NCBI RefSeq assembly: GCF_000185985.2 | Contig: NC_014909.2 | Location: forward strand, 150,001 to 182,000 | DNA: 32,000 bases | From: Candidatus Saccharimonadota bacterium | GTDB lineage: Bacteria > Pseudomonadota > Gammaproteobacteria > Enterobacterales > Enterobacteriaceae | Reading direction: 5' to 3' | The notes under the pieces: generated by a model | The model's database searches: none | What the model saw: only the letters and a program-made list of their open reading frames with translations | Told to the model about the DNA's origin: nothing | Program-made: the position numbers and the translations under genes | Shown: piece after piece, positions 10,031-19,933 of the stretch | Position numbering within the stretch: the first letter of the stretch is position 1 | Layout: every line of letters starts with the position of its first letter

Positions 10031-10244
10031 CTGCATTTAATTTAATCTAATTAAATATGTTTTGTCAACTATAATGATGCGAAATATTATTATATATTTT
10101 GCTTCAAAATAAAAATTAATTTTTTTAGAAATCTAAAAATATAGTATACTATAAAATATGTTTTATAAAAGAAAGTATCAGAGATTATTAAATAATAGAA
10201 TGTGTATTTTATCTCTGTGTAGATATAAGATAAATTTATTTTGT

Positions 10245-11237
10245 ATGCATCATAAAAGCGTATTATTACATGAAGCTATAGAAGCTTTAAATATTGATCC
10301 TTCTGGGATATATATAGATGGAACATTTGGGTCAGGAGGACATTCTAGATTAATTTTATCTAAGTTAACAAAATTTGGTCGATTAATAGCGTTTGATAAA
10401 GATCATTTGTCTGTGGAAATTGGGAAAACAATTTTTAATCAAGATTCTAGGTTTTCTATTGTGCATATGTCTTTTTCTAAAGCGATGAACTATGTTCATA
10501 ATGTGAAGCTTTTAGGTTCTATTAATGGCATTTTATTAGATTTAGGGATATGTGAAAATCAATTATTTGATGCTAATCGAGGTTTTTCATTCATTAAGGA
10601 TGGTCCATTAGATATGCGGATGGATATTACTACAGGACAAACAGCAGCGCAATGGATAGCTATGTCATCTCAAGAACATATTACATGGGTTTTGAAGAAT
10701 TTAGGGGAAGAAAGATTTTGCAAGAAGATTGCAAAATCTATTTTATTTCATAGAAGAATTCGACCCATTGTAAGGACACATGAGTTATCAAAAATTGTTA
10801 GTGATATTATAGTTCCGAGTCGAATTAAAAAAAATAGTTGGAATAAGCATCCTGCAACTCGAAGTTTTTTAGCGATTCGTATGCATATTAATAAAGAATT
10901 AGAAGCAATAGCAAAGGTATTAAAGGATATGTATAATTTATTGTCTAATAAAGGTAGATTAGTGATTATTAGTTTTAACTCTTTAGAAGATCGACTAGTA
11001 AAACATTTTATTTATAAACATAGCCGTATTTTTCCAGAACTTCCTAAATTAGCTTTAACTGAATCTCAAATAATTAATATTTTTTCAAGTAGTTGTCAAT
11101 TTAAAAATATAGGTAAAATTATACCTACTAAGCAAGAGATTAAAGAAAATATACGAGCTCGTTCTGCAATTTTACGCTGTGCTGAAAAGATAGATAAGAC
11201 TTATATAAATAGATATGATTTATCGAAAACAATTTAG
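10245..11237 (+). CDS. rsmH: 16S rRNA (cytosine1402-N4)-methyltransferase RsmH/MraW
   Basis: The track ORF starts at 10158. However, homology to E. coli RsmH (..[37 protein letters not shown]) begins at the internal ATG at 10245 ([38 protein letters not shown]). The 29 upstream codons are low-complexity and lack homology. It is the first gene of the dcw cluster. Confidence 0.93.
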   Translation: [330 protein letters not shown]

Positions 11238-11532
11238 TTTGATTAAAATTATTTATACAGATTTGTATATTTATGGGAAAGTAAAGTTGGTTTTGTTATT
11301 ATTTATTATAATATCTTCTATTTTAGTTATTTTGATCACTCATCAGACTAGGTGTATACTGATAGATCGTGAGAGGTTATTGTTGGAGAAACATACGTTA
11401 GATACAGAATGGAATAATTTAATATTAAGAAAAACACAATTGTCTAATCATGTTCGTATTGAACATATTGCTATCAATAAATTACAGATGCGCTATAGAG
11501 ATCCAATGTTAGATAATAAAATATATGAATAA
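11215..11532 (+). CDS. ftsL: cell division protein FtsL
   Basis: 105 aa bitopic protein with a single TM segment (VKLVLLLFIIISSILVILI). This is followed by TEWNNLILRKTQLSNHVRIEHIAINKLQM, which matches E. coli [29 protein letters not shown]. The position between rsmH and ftsI is conserved. It overlaps rsmH by 23 nt. Confidence 0.88.
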   Translation: MIYRKQFSLIKIIYTDLYIYGKVKLVLLLFIIISSILVILITHQTRCILIDRERLLLEKHTLDTEWNNLILRKTQLSNHVRIEHIAINKLQMRYRDPMLDNKIYE

Positions 11533-11629
11533 CAATTATATGTGTATTATAAGTATAAATAAAATACTATACATATTATATAATAATAAAAATATTGGTT
11601 ATTAGTTATAATATTTAGATATAAATCTT

Positions 11630-13330
11630 ATGATTTTTTTTAAGAATAGACGTTTATATATAGCATATAGTGGTGTTTTTTTTATGTTTTTTATTTTAAG
11701 TGCAAGATTAATTTATTTGCAGATTATATCTTCAGATCATTTGATCAATGAAAGTAATAAACGTGTATTAAGAATAAAAAGTGTTTCCGAATCTCGAGGA
11801 ATGATTACTGATAGGATGGGGCGAGTATTAGCAGTTAATGTGCCGACTACATCGATTTGGGTTGATCCTAAAGTAGTTCATAAATGTAGTGAGATGAATT
11901 TTGATATTGTTAAGTGGAGTGCGTTATCTAGTATTTTAGGTTTGTCTTTAAAAAAATTATTATGTTTTATAAATCAACATAATTTAGATCGTTTTTTATA
12001 TTTAGCACGTCGGATAGATTCCGCTATAGCAGAACATATAAGTCAATTAAAATTGCCAGGAGTATATATACAGCAAGAATCGAAACGATATTACCCTGCA
12101 GGGTCTGCAGCAGCTCATCTTGTTGGAGTAACCAATGTAGATAATCAAGGGATTGAAGGGGTAGAAAAAAGTTTTAATGGCTGGTTGGCTGGTTCTCCTA
12201 AAACTAGATTGGTTTATCAGGATCGGTTAGGTAGAGTGGTTGAAGATATTAATTTATTGAATGAGGGCCAACTTTCTAAAAGTATTGAATTAAGTATCGA
12301 TGAACGTTTACAATATGTAGCATATCATGAATTAAATAATGCTGTTAATATACATAAAGCAAAGTCTGGTAGCGTAGTTTTAATAGATATTAATACTGGA
12401 GAGATTTTAGCTATAGCAAATAGTCCATCATATAATCCTAATAATTTTTCATCCATAAAACAGTCCATGATGAGAAATAGAGCAATTACTGATGTTTTTG
12501 AACCAGGGTCGACGGTTAAACCTATTGTGATAATGACAGCATTACAACATGATATTATAAAAAAAGATAGTATAATTAATACGTTACCTTATATGATTAA
12601 TGGACATCGAATAAAAGATGTATCTTTTAATAATCAATTAACTATTAGTGAAATTTTAAAAAAGTCTAGTAATGTTGGTGTTTCTAAATTGGCATTGGCT
12701 ATGCCAGTATCTATTTTGTTAAATTCATATTTAAATTTTGGTATGGGACAATCAACAAATGTTGGATTGATAGGAGAAAATAAAGGTAAATTATATTCGT
12801 CTAATCGATATGATTCAGACATAGAACGTGCGGCTCTTTCATATGGATATGGATTAATGATTACTCCGTTACAATTAGCTAGGATGTATGCTATTATTGG
12901 AGGATTAAGTTTATCTCGTCAGATTTCTATCATAAAGCTTGATAAATCCAAATCCATTCCTTTAATATCTCCATCATCAAATCAAATATTTTCAAAATCA
13001 TTGATGCGCACTGTTATCAATATGATGGAAGTTACTACTACGTCTCATAGTGGTTGTCATCAAGCAGCGATAGAAGGATATCGAGTTGCAGTTAAGACGG
13101 GTACTATTAAAAAAGTTGGATCTCAAGGAAAATATATTAATAAATATATAGCATGCACTGCAGGAATAGCCCCGGTTAGTAATCCAAGGTTTGCATTAGT
13201 CGTGGTGATTGATGATCCAAAAAATGGATTTTATTATGGAGGGATGGTATCTGCGCCAGTGTTTAAATCTATTATGAGCAGTACTTTAAAAATAATGAAT
13301 GTGGATCCAGACTGTTTCAATAATATATGA
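11630..13330 (+). CDS. ftsI: peptidoglycan D,D-transpeptidase FtsI (PBP3)
   Basis: 566 aa with an N-terminal TM anchor. All three penicillin-binding motifs are present: SxxK (GSTVKP), SxN (KSSNVG) and KTG (VKTGT). Confidence 0.95.
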   Translation: MIFFKNRRLYIAYSGVFFMFFILSARLIYLQIISSDHLINESNKRVLRIKSVSESRGMITDRMGRVLAVNVPTTSIWVDPKVVHKCSEMNFDIVKWSALSSILGLSLKKLLCFINQHNLDRFLYLARRIDSAIAEHISQLKLPGVYIQQESKRYYPAGSAAAHLVGVTNVDNQGIEGVEKSFNGWLAGSPKTRLVYQDRLGRVVEDINLLNEGQLSKSIELSIDERLQYVAYHELNNAVNIHKAKSGSVVLIDINTGEILAIANSPSYNPNNFSSIKQSMMRNRAITDVFEPGSTVKPIVIMTALQHDIIKKDSIINTLPYMINGHRIKDVSFNNQLTISEILKKSSNVGVSKLALAMPVSILLNSYLNFGMGQSTNVGLIGENKGKLYSSNRYDSDIERAALSYGYGLMITPLQLARMYAIIGGLSLSRQISIIKLDKSKSIPLISPSSNQIFSKSLMRTVINMMEVTTTSHSGCHQAAIEGYRVAVKTGTIKKVGSQGKYINKYIACTAGIAPVSNPRFALVVVIDDPKNGFYYGGMVSAPVFKSIMSSTLKIMNVDPDCFNNI

Positions 13331-13342
13331 TAATATTTTAAG

Positions 13343-14890
13343 ATGAGTGATGTAAGTAATTGTTATTATATATTTCCTATTAATAAATTACGCGAACTTG
13401 TTATACCATGGGTTTTTAATGAGCTCATTTCTTCTGCATTGGTTATAACAGCATTACAATTAGATAGTAGAAATGTTACTGTAGGTAATTTGTTTATAGC
13501 AATAAAAGGACATAAAACTGATGGAAGATTATACATTAAACATGCTATTAAAAACGGAGCAGTTGCTGTTTTATTAGAATCTACTAATAATGATAATTTT
13601 TTAGCACAGAATATTGTTAATAATGTTAGTTCGTGTGTACCTATCATTAATTTTTATAAGTTAAATCAGGCTGTTTCTAGTATAGCGGGTCGGTTTTATG
13701 GACATCCATCACGGAATTTAAATTTAATCGGAGTGACAGGAACTAATGGAAAGACCACGATTAGTCATTTGTTAGCTAATTGGGTAGAGTTATTAGGGGA
13801 GAAAAGTGCTGTTATGGGTACTATAGGGTATGGCATGATAGGTAGTATGTGTGTATCTAATTGCACTACATTTTCTGCAATTGATACACAAAGAATATTG
13901 AATCAATTTATACAAAGTGGAATTAAATTTGTTGCGATGGAGGTATCGTCTCATGGATTGGATCAATATCGTGTAGATGCATTGTATTTTGATGTAGCAA
14001 TATTTTCAAATTTAACATCTGATCATTTAGATTATCATGGTGATATTAATAAATATATAATGGCTAAATGGAGGTTATTTAGTGAATTGTGTGTAACTAA
14101 TTATGTAATTAATGTTGATGATTATATTGGGTATGAATGGTTATCTTATTTACCTAATTCAGTAGCAGTAACAATTCAAGATAATTTGCCAAAATTTTGG
14201 AAAGGTGAATGGATAAAATTAGTTAAAGCAAATTATTTTGTTTATGGAACTGATGTATTTTTTCATTCGAGTTGGGGAAATGGGATTATTCGTAGTCAAT
14301 TATTAGGAGAGTGTAATGTTAGTAATTTATTATTAGCTTTAGGAGCTTTATTGGTATTAGGATATCCTTTAATGGTATTGTTGAGTATAGCTGATCAATT
14401 AAAACCTATATGCGGACGATTAGAAAAGTTTAAATCATTTAATAAACCTACAATTATAGTGGATTATGCGCATACTCCAGATGCTTTGGAAAAAATTTTA
14501 AGATTTTTAGGTGCACAATTATGTAAAAAAGGAAAATTGTGGTGTGTTTTTGGTTGTGGGGGAAATAGAGATAAGTTAAAACGTTCTAGGATGGGTATTG
14601 TGGCAGAACGTTATTCTGATTATGTAGTAATAACCGATGATAATCCACGTACTGAAAATTCTCAATCGATTATAGATGATATTATCTTAAAAATAAAACA
14701 TTCTGAAAAAATTACAATTATCAAAAATCGTGTTCAAGCAATAGAGACTGCTATTTGTCAAGCTGATTCAAATGATTTTATATTAATTGCTGGGAAAGGA
14801 CATGAAAGTTATCAAATTGTAGGTAATGATTACCTAAAATATTCTGATCAGGATATAGTTAGAAATATTTTGGAAAACTTTATTACATGA
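13343..14890 (+). CDS. murE: UDP-MurNAc-L-Ala-D-Glu:meso-DAP ligase
   Basis: 515 aa. It has the Mur ligase P-loop GVTGTNGKTT, MEVSSHGL, DYAHTPDALEK and TDDNPRTE (the DNPR motif typical of DAP-adding MurE). The N-terminus is about 10 aa longer than in E. coli. Confidence 0.95.
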   Translation: MSDVSNCYYIFPINKLRELVIPWVFNELISSALVITALQLDSRNVTVGNLFIAIKGHKTDGRLYIKHAIKNGAVAVLLESTNNDNFLAQNIVNNVSSCVPIINFYKLNQAVSSIAGRFYGHPSRNLNLIGVTGTNGKTTISHLLANWVELLGEKSAVMGTIGYGMIGSMCVSNCTTFSAIDTQRILNQFIQSGIKFVAMEVSSHGLDQYRVDALYFDVAIFSNLTSDHLDYHGDINKYIMAKWRLFSELCVTNYVINVDDYIGYEWLSYLPNSVAVTIQDNLPKFWKGEWIKLVKANYFVYGTDVFFHSSWGNGIIRSQLLGECNVSNLLLALGALLVLGYPLMVLLSIADQLKPICGRLEKFKSFNKPTIIVDYAHTPDALEKILRFLGAQLCKKGKLWCVFGCGGNRDKLKRSRMGIVAERYSDYVVITDDNPRTENSQSIIDDIILKIKHSEKITIIKNRVQAIETAICQADSNDFILIAGKGHESYQIVGNDYLKYSDQDIVRNILENFIT

Positions 14891-14903
14891 TACAAACATA
14901 GTT

Positions 14904-16292
14904 ATGGTTCCATTTAGGCTTCATGAAATAGCATGTTTTATAAACGCCAAATGTGTTGGTTCGGATGTTATGATCAATACTATTAGTATTCATTCTGATT
15001 TAATTGAAGAGCAATGTATATTTATTGCGTTAATAGGTAATCGTTATGATGGGCATGATTTTGTGGAACAAGCAGTTATGGCTGGAGCTAAAGCATTATT
15101 GGTAAATCGTTATGTATCTTTAGATATACCTCAATTAATAGTTTGTGATACGCGTGATGCGTTGTTAAAAATAGCTGGATGGATACGTCGTCAAGTATCT
15201 TCAAAAATTATTGCTATTACTGGGTCAAGTGGAAAAACTTCAGTTAAGGAAATGACTGCGTCTATATTAAAAGAATGTGGAACAGTAATAGCAACTCAAA
15301 AAAATTATAATAATTTTATAGGGGTTTCTATAACATTATTGAAATTGACTTATGGAATTGATTTTGCAGTTGTGGAATTAGGATCTAATAAGTTAGGAGA
15401 ATTAAAGAAATTAGGAGAAATTGTTGGTGCTGATGTAGCTTTAGTTAATAATATTTTTTCATCTCATTTATCAGGTTTTGGTTCGTTAACTACGATAAAA
15501 AAAGAGAAAGAGAAAATTTTTTATGGAATGTCAATTGATAACGCTCAAGCTGTTATAAATTTAGATAGTTATTCTTTTGTACAGGGAAATTCAATATTAT
15601 TGAATTTTAAAAAAAAATGGAGTTTTTCTTTATACAAAAAAGGTATAGGAGTGAATTTTTTTGCAAGTAATGTTATTTTATATGAGCATGGAATTCGTTT
15701 TACTTTGCATAGTCCGAATGGATCGGCCCCCATTTTTATGCCAATATTGGGCATACATAATATATCTAATATTTTAGCTGCTAGTGCTCTTTCTTTTGCA
15801 GTAGGAGCTAGTTTGTCTAATATTGTACATGGATTACAAAAGATGAATGCCTTACCTGGTAGGCTATTTCCGTTTATTTTAAATCGAGGTAAATTATGCT
15901 TAATAGATGATACTTATAATGCAAATATTGGATCAATGATTGCAGCGATTAATGTTCTGAGTTTTATGCCTGGTTATCGCATATTGGTAGTGAGTGATAT
16001 GTTAGAGTTAGGAGATTTAAAGATGGCTAGATATTATCATTGTTATATTGGCAGATTAATTTTGGGGAGTAATATTGATTATATAATAACTATAGGAGAC
16101 TTAAGTCATTTTATATTAAAAATTTTTAAAAAAGGAAAACATTTTCAAAGAAAAACTGCATTGATTTTTTATATAAATAAAATTTTGTCTCAAAATCGAT
16201 TAATTAGTATTTTAATAAAAGGAGCTAGAAAGTTTAAAATGGAACAAGTAGTAGATGCTGTGAGAAAAACTCACGATGTTGTTATTAGATAA
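14904..16292 (+). CDS. murF: UDP-MurNAc-tripeptide:D-alanyl-D-alanine ligase
   Basis: 462 aa. It has the P-loop ITGSSGKTSVKEM, ELGSNKLGEL and DDTYNAN. The position between murE and mraY is conserved and the reading frame is intact. Confidence 0.94.
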   Translation: MVPFRLHEIACFINAKCVGSDVMINTISIHSDLIEEQCIFIALIGNRYDGHDFVEQAVMAGAKALLVNRYVSLDIPQLIVCDTRDALLKIAGWIRRQVSSKIIAITGSSGKTSVKEMTASILKECGTVIATQKNYNNFIGVSITLLKLTYGIDFAVVELGSNKLGELKKLGEIVGADVALVNNIFSSHLSGFGSLTTIKKEKEKIFYGMSIDNAQAVINLDSYSFVQGNSILLNFKKKWSFSLYKKGIGVNFFASNVILYEHGIRFTLHSPNGSAPIFMPILGIHNISNILAASALSFAVGASLSNIVHGLQKMNALPGRLFPFILNRGKLCLIDDTYNANIGSMIAAINVLSFMPGYRILVVSDMLELGDLKMARYYHCYIGRLILGSNIDYIITIGDLSHFILKIFKKGKHFQRKTALIFYINKILSQNRLISILIKGARKFKMEQVVDAVRKTHDVVIR

Positions 16293-17382
16293 GTTAATGG
16301 GGTTATATAAAATGCTGTGCTTATTTATGTCCAATCATCATGTTATAGATACTGTGTTTTTTAAAAGTTTTGCTAGTTTTTTTTCTGCTTTAGTTGTTGC
16401 ATTAGGAATAGGATCTGTAGTTATTATTTGGTTGCGTCATTTATGTGTATTTCAAACCATACGTGTTGAATGTCCTGACACCCATCGATTAAAGCGCGAT
16501 ACTCCTACAATGGGAGGAATAATAATGTTAATATCGTCAATTGTTTCGATATTAATGTGGGCTGATTTATCTAATTTATACGTATGGTATGTGTTGTTCA
16601 TATTTATAGTATATGGTTTATTAGGTTGGATTGATGATTTTTTAAAAATAAAACGAAAAAATGCTTTAGGCATGAGGGGGTTAAACAAATATTTTTGGCA
16701 AACATTAAGTGCTTTTTTATTGAGCATAGTCATATTTATGATGAGGATAGATTGTATAAATACTGATTTAGAAGGATGGTATTATTTAAAGGATATAGTA
16801 TCTAAATTAGATATTTGGGGGGTTTTATTATCATATTTTGTGATCGTAGGTACGAGCAATTCTACTAATTTGTCTGATGGATTAGATGGGTTGGCGATTG
16901 TTCTTATAATACTCATAACAACTGGATTAATTGTAATTGCTTGGATTAGTAGCAATGTATATTTTTCTAATTATTTGCAAATATTATATATTGATCGTGT
17001 TCAAGAATTAATAATTATATGTGCTGCTATTATAGGAACAGGGCTTGGGTTTTTATGGTTTAATAGTTATCCAGCACAGATATTTATGGGAGATACAGGT
17101 TCTTTATCATTTGGAGGAGCAATTGGAGTAATAACTGTGTTATTACAACAAGAATATTTATTATTAGTAATAGGAGGTATATTTGTAATGGAATCATTAT
17201 CTGTAATTTTACAGGTAAGTTATTTCAAGATTTTTAAAAAGAGAATATTTAAAATGACTCCTATTCATCATCATTTTGAGTTACAAGGGTGTCCAGAGCC
17301 AAAATTAGTTGTGAGGTTTTGGATTATATCATTGGTTTTGTTATTACTTGGCTTAACTATTGTGATATTTAAAATAATATAG
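16276..17382 (+). CDS. mraY: phospho-N-acetylmuramoyl-pentapeptide transferase
   Basis: 368 aa polytopic membrane protein. It contains TPTMGGI, NSTNLSDGLDGLA, FMGDTGSLSFGGA and PIHHHFE. The start is slightly uncertain: M1 overlaps murF by 17 nt, and internal Met codons 8 and 13 are alternatives. Confidence 0.93.
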   Translation: MLLLDKLMGLYKMLCLFMSNHHVIDTVFFKSFASFFSALVVALGIGSVVIIWLRHLCVFQTIRVECPDTHRLKRDTPTMGGIIMLISSIVSILMWADLSNLYVWYVLFIFIVYGLLGWIDDFLKIKRKNALGMRGLNKYFWQTLSAFLLSIVIFMMRIDCINTDLEGWYYLKDIVSKLDIWGVLLSYFVIVGTSNSTNLSDGLDGLAIVLIILITTGLIVIAWISSNVYFSNYLQILYIDRVQELIIICAAIIGTGLGFLWFNSYPAQIFMGDTGSLSFGGAIGVITVLLQQEYLLLVIGGIFVMESLSVILQVSYFKIFKKRIFKMTPIHHHFELQGCPEPKLVVRFWIISLVLLLLGLTIVIFKII

Positions 17383-17384
17383 TT

Positions 17385-18725
17385 ATGAATACAACAAAGT
17401 ATAAAAAAGCACAAGTTGTAATTATTGGATTAGGAATAACTGGGTTGTCTTGTTTAAATTTTTTTTTGATACGAGGTATTATCCCTAAAGTTATAGATAC
17501 TCGATTACGTCCTCCTGCAATAAATCAGTTGCCTAGTTTTATTGAATTTTGTTTTGGAAGATTGTGTGATGAATGGATATTACATGCTGATTTAATAGTG
17601 GTTAGTCCTGGGGTTCGATTAGATGATCCAGTATTAATAGAGGCTAGGAGAATGGGAATAGAGATTATTGGAGATATTGAGCTATTTGTTCGAGAAATAA
17701 CTGTGCCAATAATTGCCATTACCGGGTCTAATGGGAAAAGTACAGTGACTCAATTAGTAGGTAATATGGCTAGATATGCTGGGTGGAAAGTTGGGATTGT
17801 TGGTAATATTGGCATTCCTGCTCTTACTTTATTAAATAACAATTACCAATTGTATATATTAGAAATATCAAGTTTTCAATTAGACGTAACGTATAGTTTA
17901 TGTGCTGCAGCTGCTACTATTTTAAATGTTAGTGAAGATCATATGGATCGTTATGCAGCTGGAATTGTAGACTACAGTAGTTCTAAAAACCGAATTTATA
18001 ATAACGCTATTACTTGTGTAATAAATTTTTTGGATCCTTTAACATATCCTGTATCTTGTAATTATGGGCGTCTTGTGAGTTTTGGAGTTGATTCAAATTC
18101 TGCAGATTATAGAATAGAGTATTGTAAAGGGAAAGCCTGGATAGTAATATATGGTGAATACATATTAGATTGTTTTGAATTGCATATAAATTGTCATATT
18201 AATTATTACGCTAATATTTTATCTGCTTTAGCGTTATCAGATAGTGTTAATATTCCTCGTATGGCATCTTTACAGTCTTTAAGATATTTTTCTGGGTTAT
18301 CACATCGTTTTCAATTAATTTATACAAATCGTAATGTGAAATGGATTAATGATTCTAAGGCTACTAATGTTGCTGCTACAAAGATAGCTATTAATGCTGC
18401 TTTGTCAATATTGGCTAGTGGTGATTTACATTTGTTATTAGGAGGAGATGGAAAATTAGCTAATTTTTTTGAGTTAACAGCTTTAATTACAAAATATGAA
18501 ATACATTTATATTGTTTTGGAAAAGATGGTTTTTTTTTAACGAAATCTGGTTCTAAAAATATTTTTTTGACCAATGATATAATTGATGCAATGAATATCA
18601 TTTGTCGCCGAGTGAGAAGAAAAGATATAGTTTTGTTGTCTCCTGCATGTTCTAGTTTAGATCAATTTTTATCATTTAAATATAGGGGGGAGCTATTTAC
18701 TTATTTATCTAGAAGATTAGGATGA
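17385..18725 (+). CDS. murD: UDP-MurNAc-L-alanine:D-glutamate ligase
   Basis: 446 aa. It has an N-terminal Rossmann-like VVIIGLGITG and the P-loop ITGSNGKSTV, followed by NVSEDHMDRY and NDSKATN. Confidence 0.94.
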   Translation: MNTTKYKKAQVVIIGLGITGLSCLNFFLIRGIIPKVIDTRLRPPAINQLPSFIEFCFGRLCDEWILHADLIVVSPGVRLDDPVLIEARRMGIEIIGDIELFVREITVPIIAITGSNGKSTVTQLVGNMARYAGWKVGIVGNIGIPALTLLNNNYQLYILEISSFQLDVTYSLCAAAATILNVSEDHMDRYAAGIVDYSSSKNRIYNNAITCVINFLDPLTYPVSCNYGRLVSFGVDSNSADYRIEYCKGKAWIVIYGEYILDCFELHINCHINYYANILSALALSDSVNIPRMASLQSLRYFSGLSHRFQLIYTNRNVKWINDSKATNVAATKIAINAALSILASGDLHLLLGGDGKLANFFELTALITKYEIHLYCFGKDGFFLTKSGSKNIFLTNDIIDAMNIICRRVRRKDIVLLSPACSSLDQFLSFKYRGELFTYLSRRLG

Positions 18726-18800
18726 TATATATCAGATATATATTTGTTGATAAAAATAATATTTTTAAAATTTAGTAAATAAATAAGATATAGTTTTACC

Positions 18801-19922
18801 ATGATATTATTATATGATCGAATGTTGTTTGGATTATTATTAGGATTAATTTGTATTGGTTTTATTATAACTAGTTCTGGATCTATCCCAGTAGGTATTA
18901 ATATAGCCGGTGATCCTTATTTTTTTATAAAACGGGCAATTATTTACTATATTATTACATTTTTAATATCTTTAATAGTGTTAAACATACCTATAGTTGT
19001 TTGGAAAAATTGTAGTTTTATAATGTTATTATGTAGTTTTTGTATGTTAGTAGTAGTATTAATTTTTAATAATACTATTAATGGAGCTTCAAGGTGGGTC
19101 ATATGGGGATCTTTATGCGCTCAACCTTCAGAATTATCAAAATTATTTTTTATTTTTTATTTTGCTAATTATTTAGAACGCAAGTTGATAGAAGTTCGCA
19201 GTACTTTTTGGGGTGTATGTAAACCTATTATAATAGTGTTTTTATTATCATTGTTATTATTAAGACAACCAGATTTTGGTAGTATTATAATTTTATTTAT
19301 TATTACTTTATATATATTATTCTTGTTTGGAGCAAAGTTGAATCAACTTGCATTGATATTTATATTAAGTATTTTTTTTATTATATTATCTGTTGCATTG
19401 AAACCTTATCGTATACAACGAATGTTATCTTTTTGGGATCCTTGGAAGGATCCATTTGGTAATGGATATCAATTAACTCAATCATTAATGGCTTTTGGTC
19501 GTGGTGGATATTTTGGACGTGGATTAGGTAATTCTATACAAAAATTGGAATATCTTCCTGAATCGCATACTGATTTTGTTTTTTCTATTTTAGCAGAGGA
19601 GTTAGGATTAGTTGGATCAATTTTAGTTTTGATGATATTATTTGGAGTTGTATTCCGAGCTATGATTATTGGTACTCATGCATTATATTATAATCAAAAA
19701 TTTTCCAGCGTTTTAGCGTATTCCATTGGAATTTGGTTAGGAATACAAACATTTATAAATGTAGGAGTAGTTAGTGGAATTTTACCTATAAAAGGATTAA
19801 CATTACCGTTTATTAGTTATGGAGGATCTAGTTTTTTAATTACAACAATAATAGGCATGTTATTAATTCGGATAGATTTTGAGATTCGTTTAATTAAACA
19901 TCAGGCTTTCTTTGAAAAATAG
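18801..19922 (+). CDS. ftsW: SEDS-family peptidoglycan glycosyltransferase / division protein FtsW
   Basis: 373 aa. It contains [70 protein letters not shown] and other conserved blocks. It begins at the equivalent of E. coli residue ~43 (LYDR..). An in-frame TAG at 18792 rules out a longer N-terminus, so the E. coli-type cytoplasmic N-tail is absent. Confidence 0.93.
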   Translation: MILLYDRMLFGLLLGLICIGFIITSSGSIPVGINIAGDPYFFIKRAIIYYIITFLISLIVLNIPIVVWKNCSFIMLLCSFCMLVVVLIFNNTINGASRWVIWGSLCAQPSELSKLFFIFYFANYLERKLIEVRSTFWGVCKPIIIVFLLSLLLLRQPDFGSIIILFIITLYILFLFGAKLNQLALIFILSIFFIILSVALKPYRIQRMLSFWDPWKDPFGNGYQLTQSLMAFGRGGYFGRGLGNSIQKLEYLPESHTDFVFSILAEELGLVGSILVLMILFGVVFRAMIIGTHALYYNQKFSSVLAYSIGIWLGIQTFINVGVVSGILPIKGLTLPFISYGGSSFLITTIIGMLLIRIDFEIRLIKHQAFFEK

Positions 19923-19933
19923 ACAAGGGTGGG

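Noticed and set aside
10070-10075. Sigma-70-like hexamers in the spacers, for example TATAAT at 10070-10075, TTGACT at 30181-30186 and TTGATG at 30567-30572.
   Set aside because: TATAAT-like strings occur everywhere in spacers this AT-rich. None of these hexamers has a properly spaced partner (16-18 bp), so I cannot support any promoter call from sequence alone.
10158-10244. N-terminal extensions of three track ORFs: rsmH from 10158, ftsZ from the TTG at 24766, and dksA from 30604.
   Set aside because: Alignment to the E. coli proteins starts exactly at the internal ATGs (10245, 24796, 30646). ftsZ and dksA have GGAGA/GAGGA Shine-Dalgarno-like sequences just upstream of the internal ATG. The extensions are AT-rich and non-homologous.
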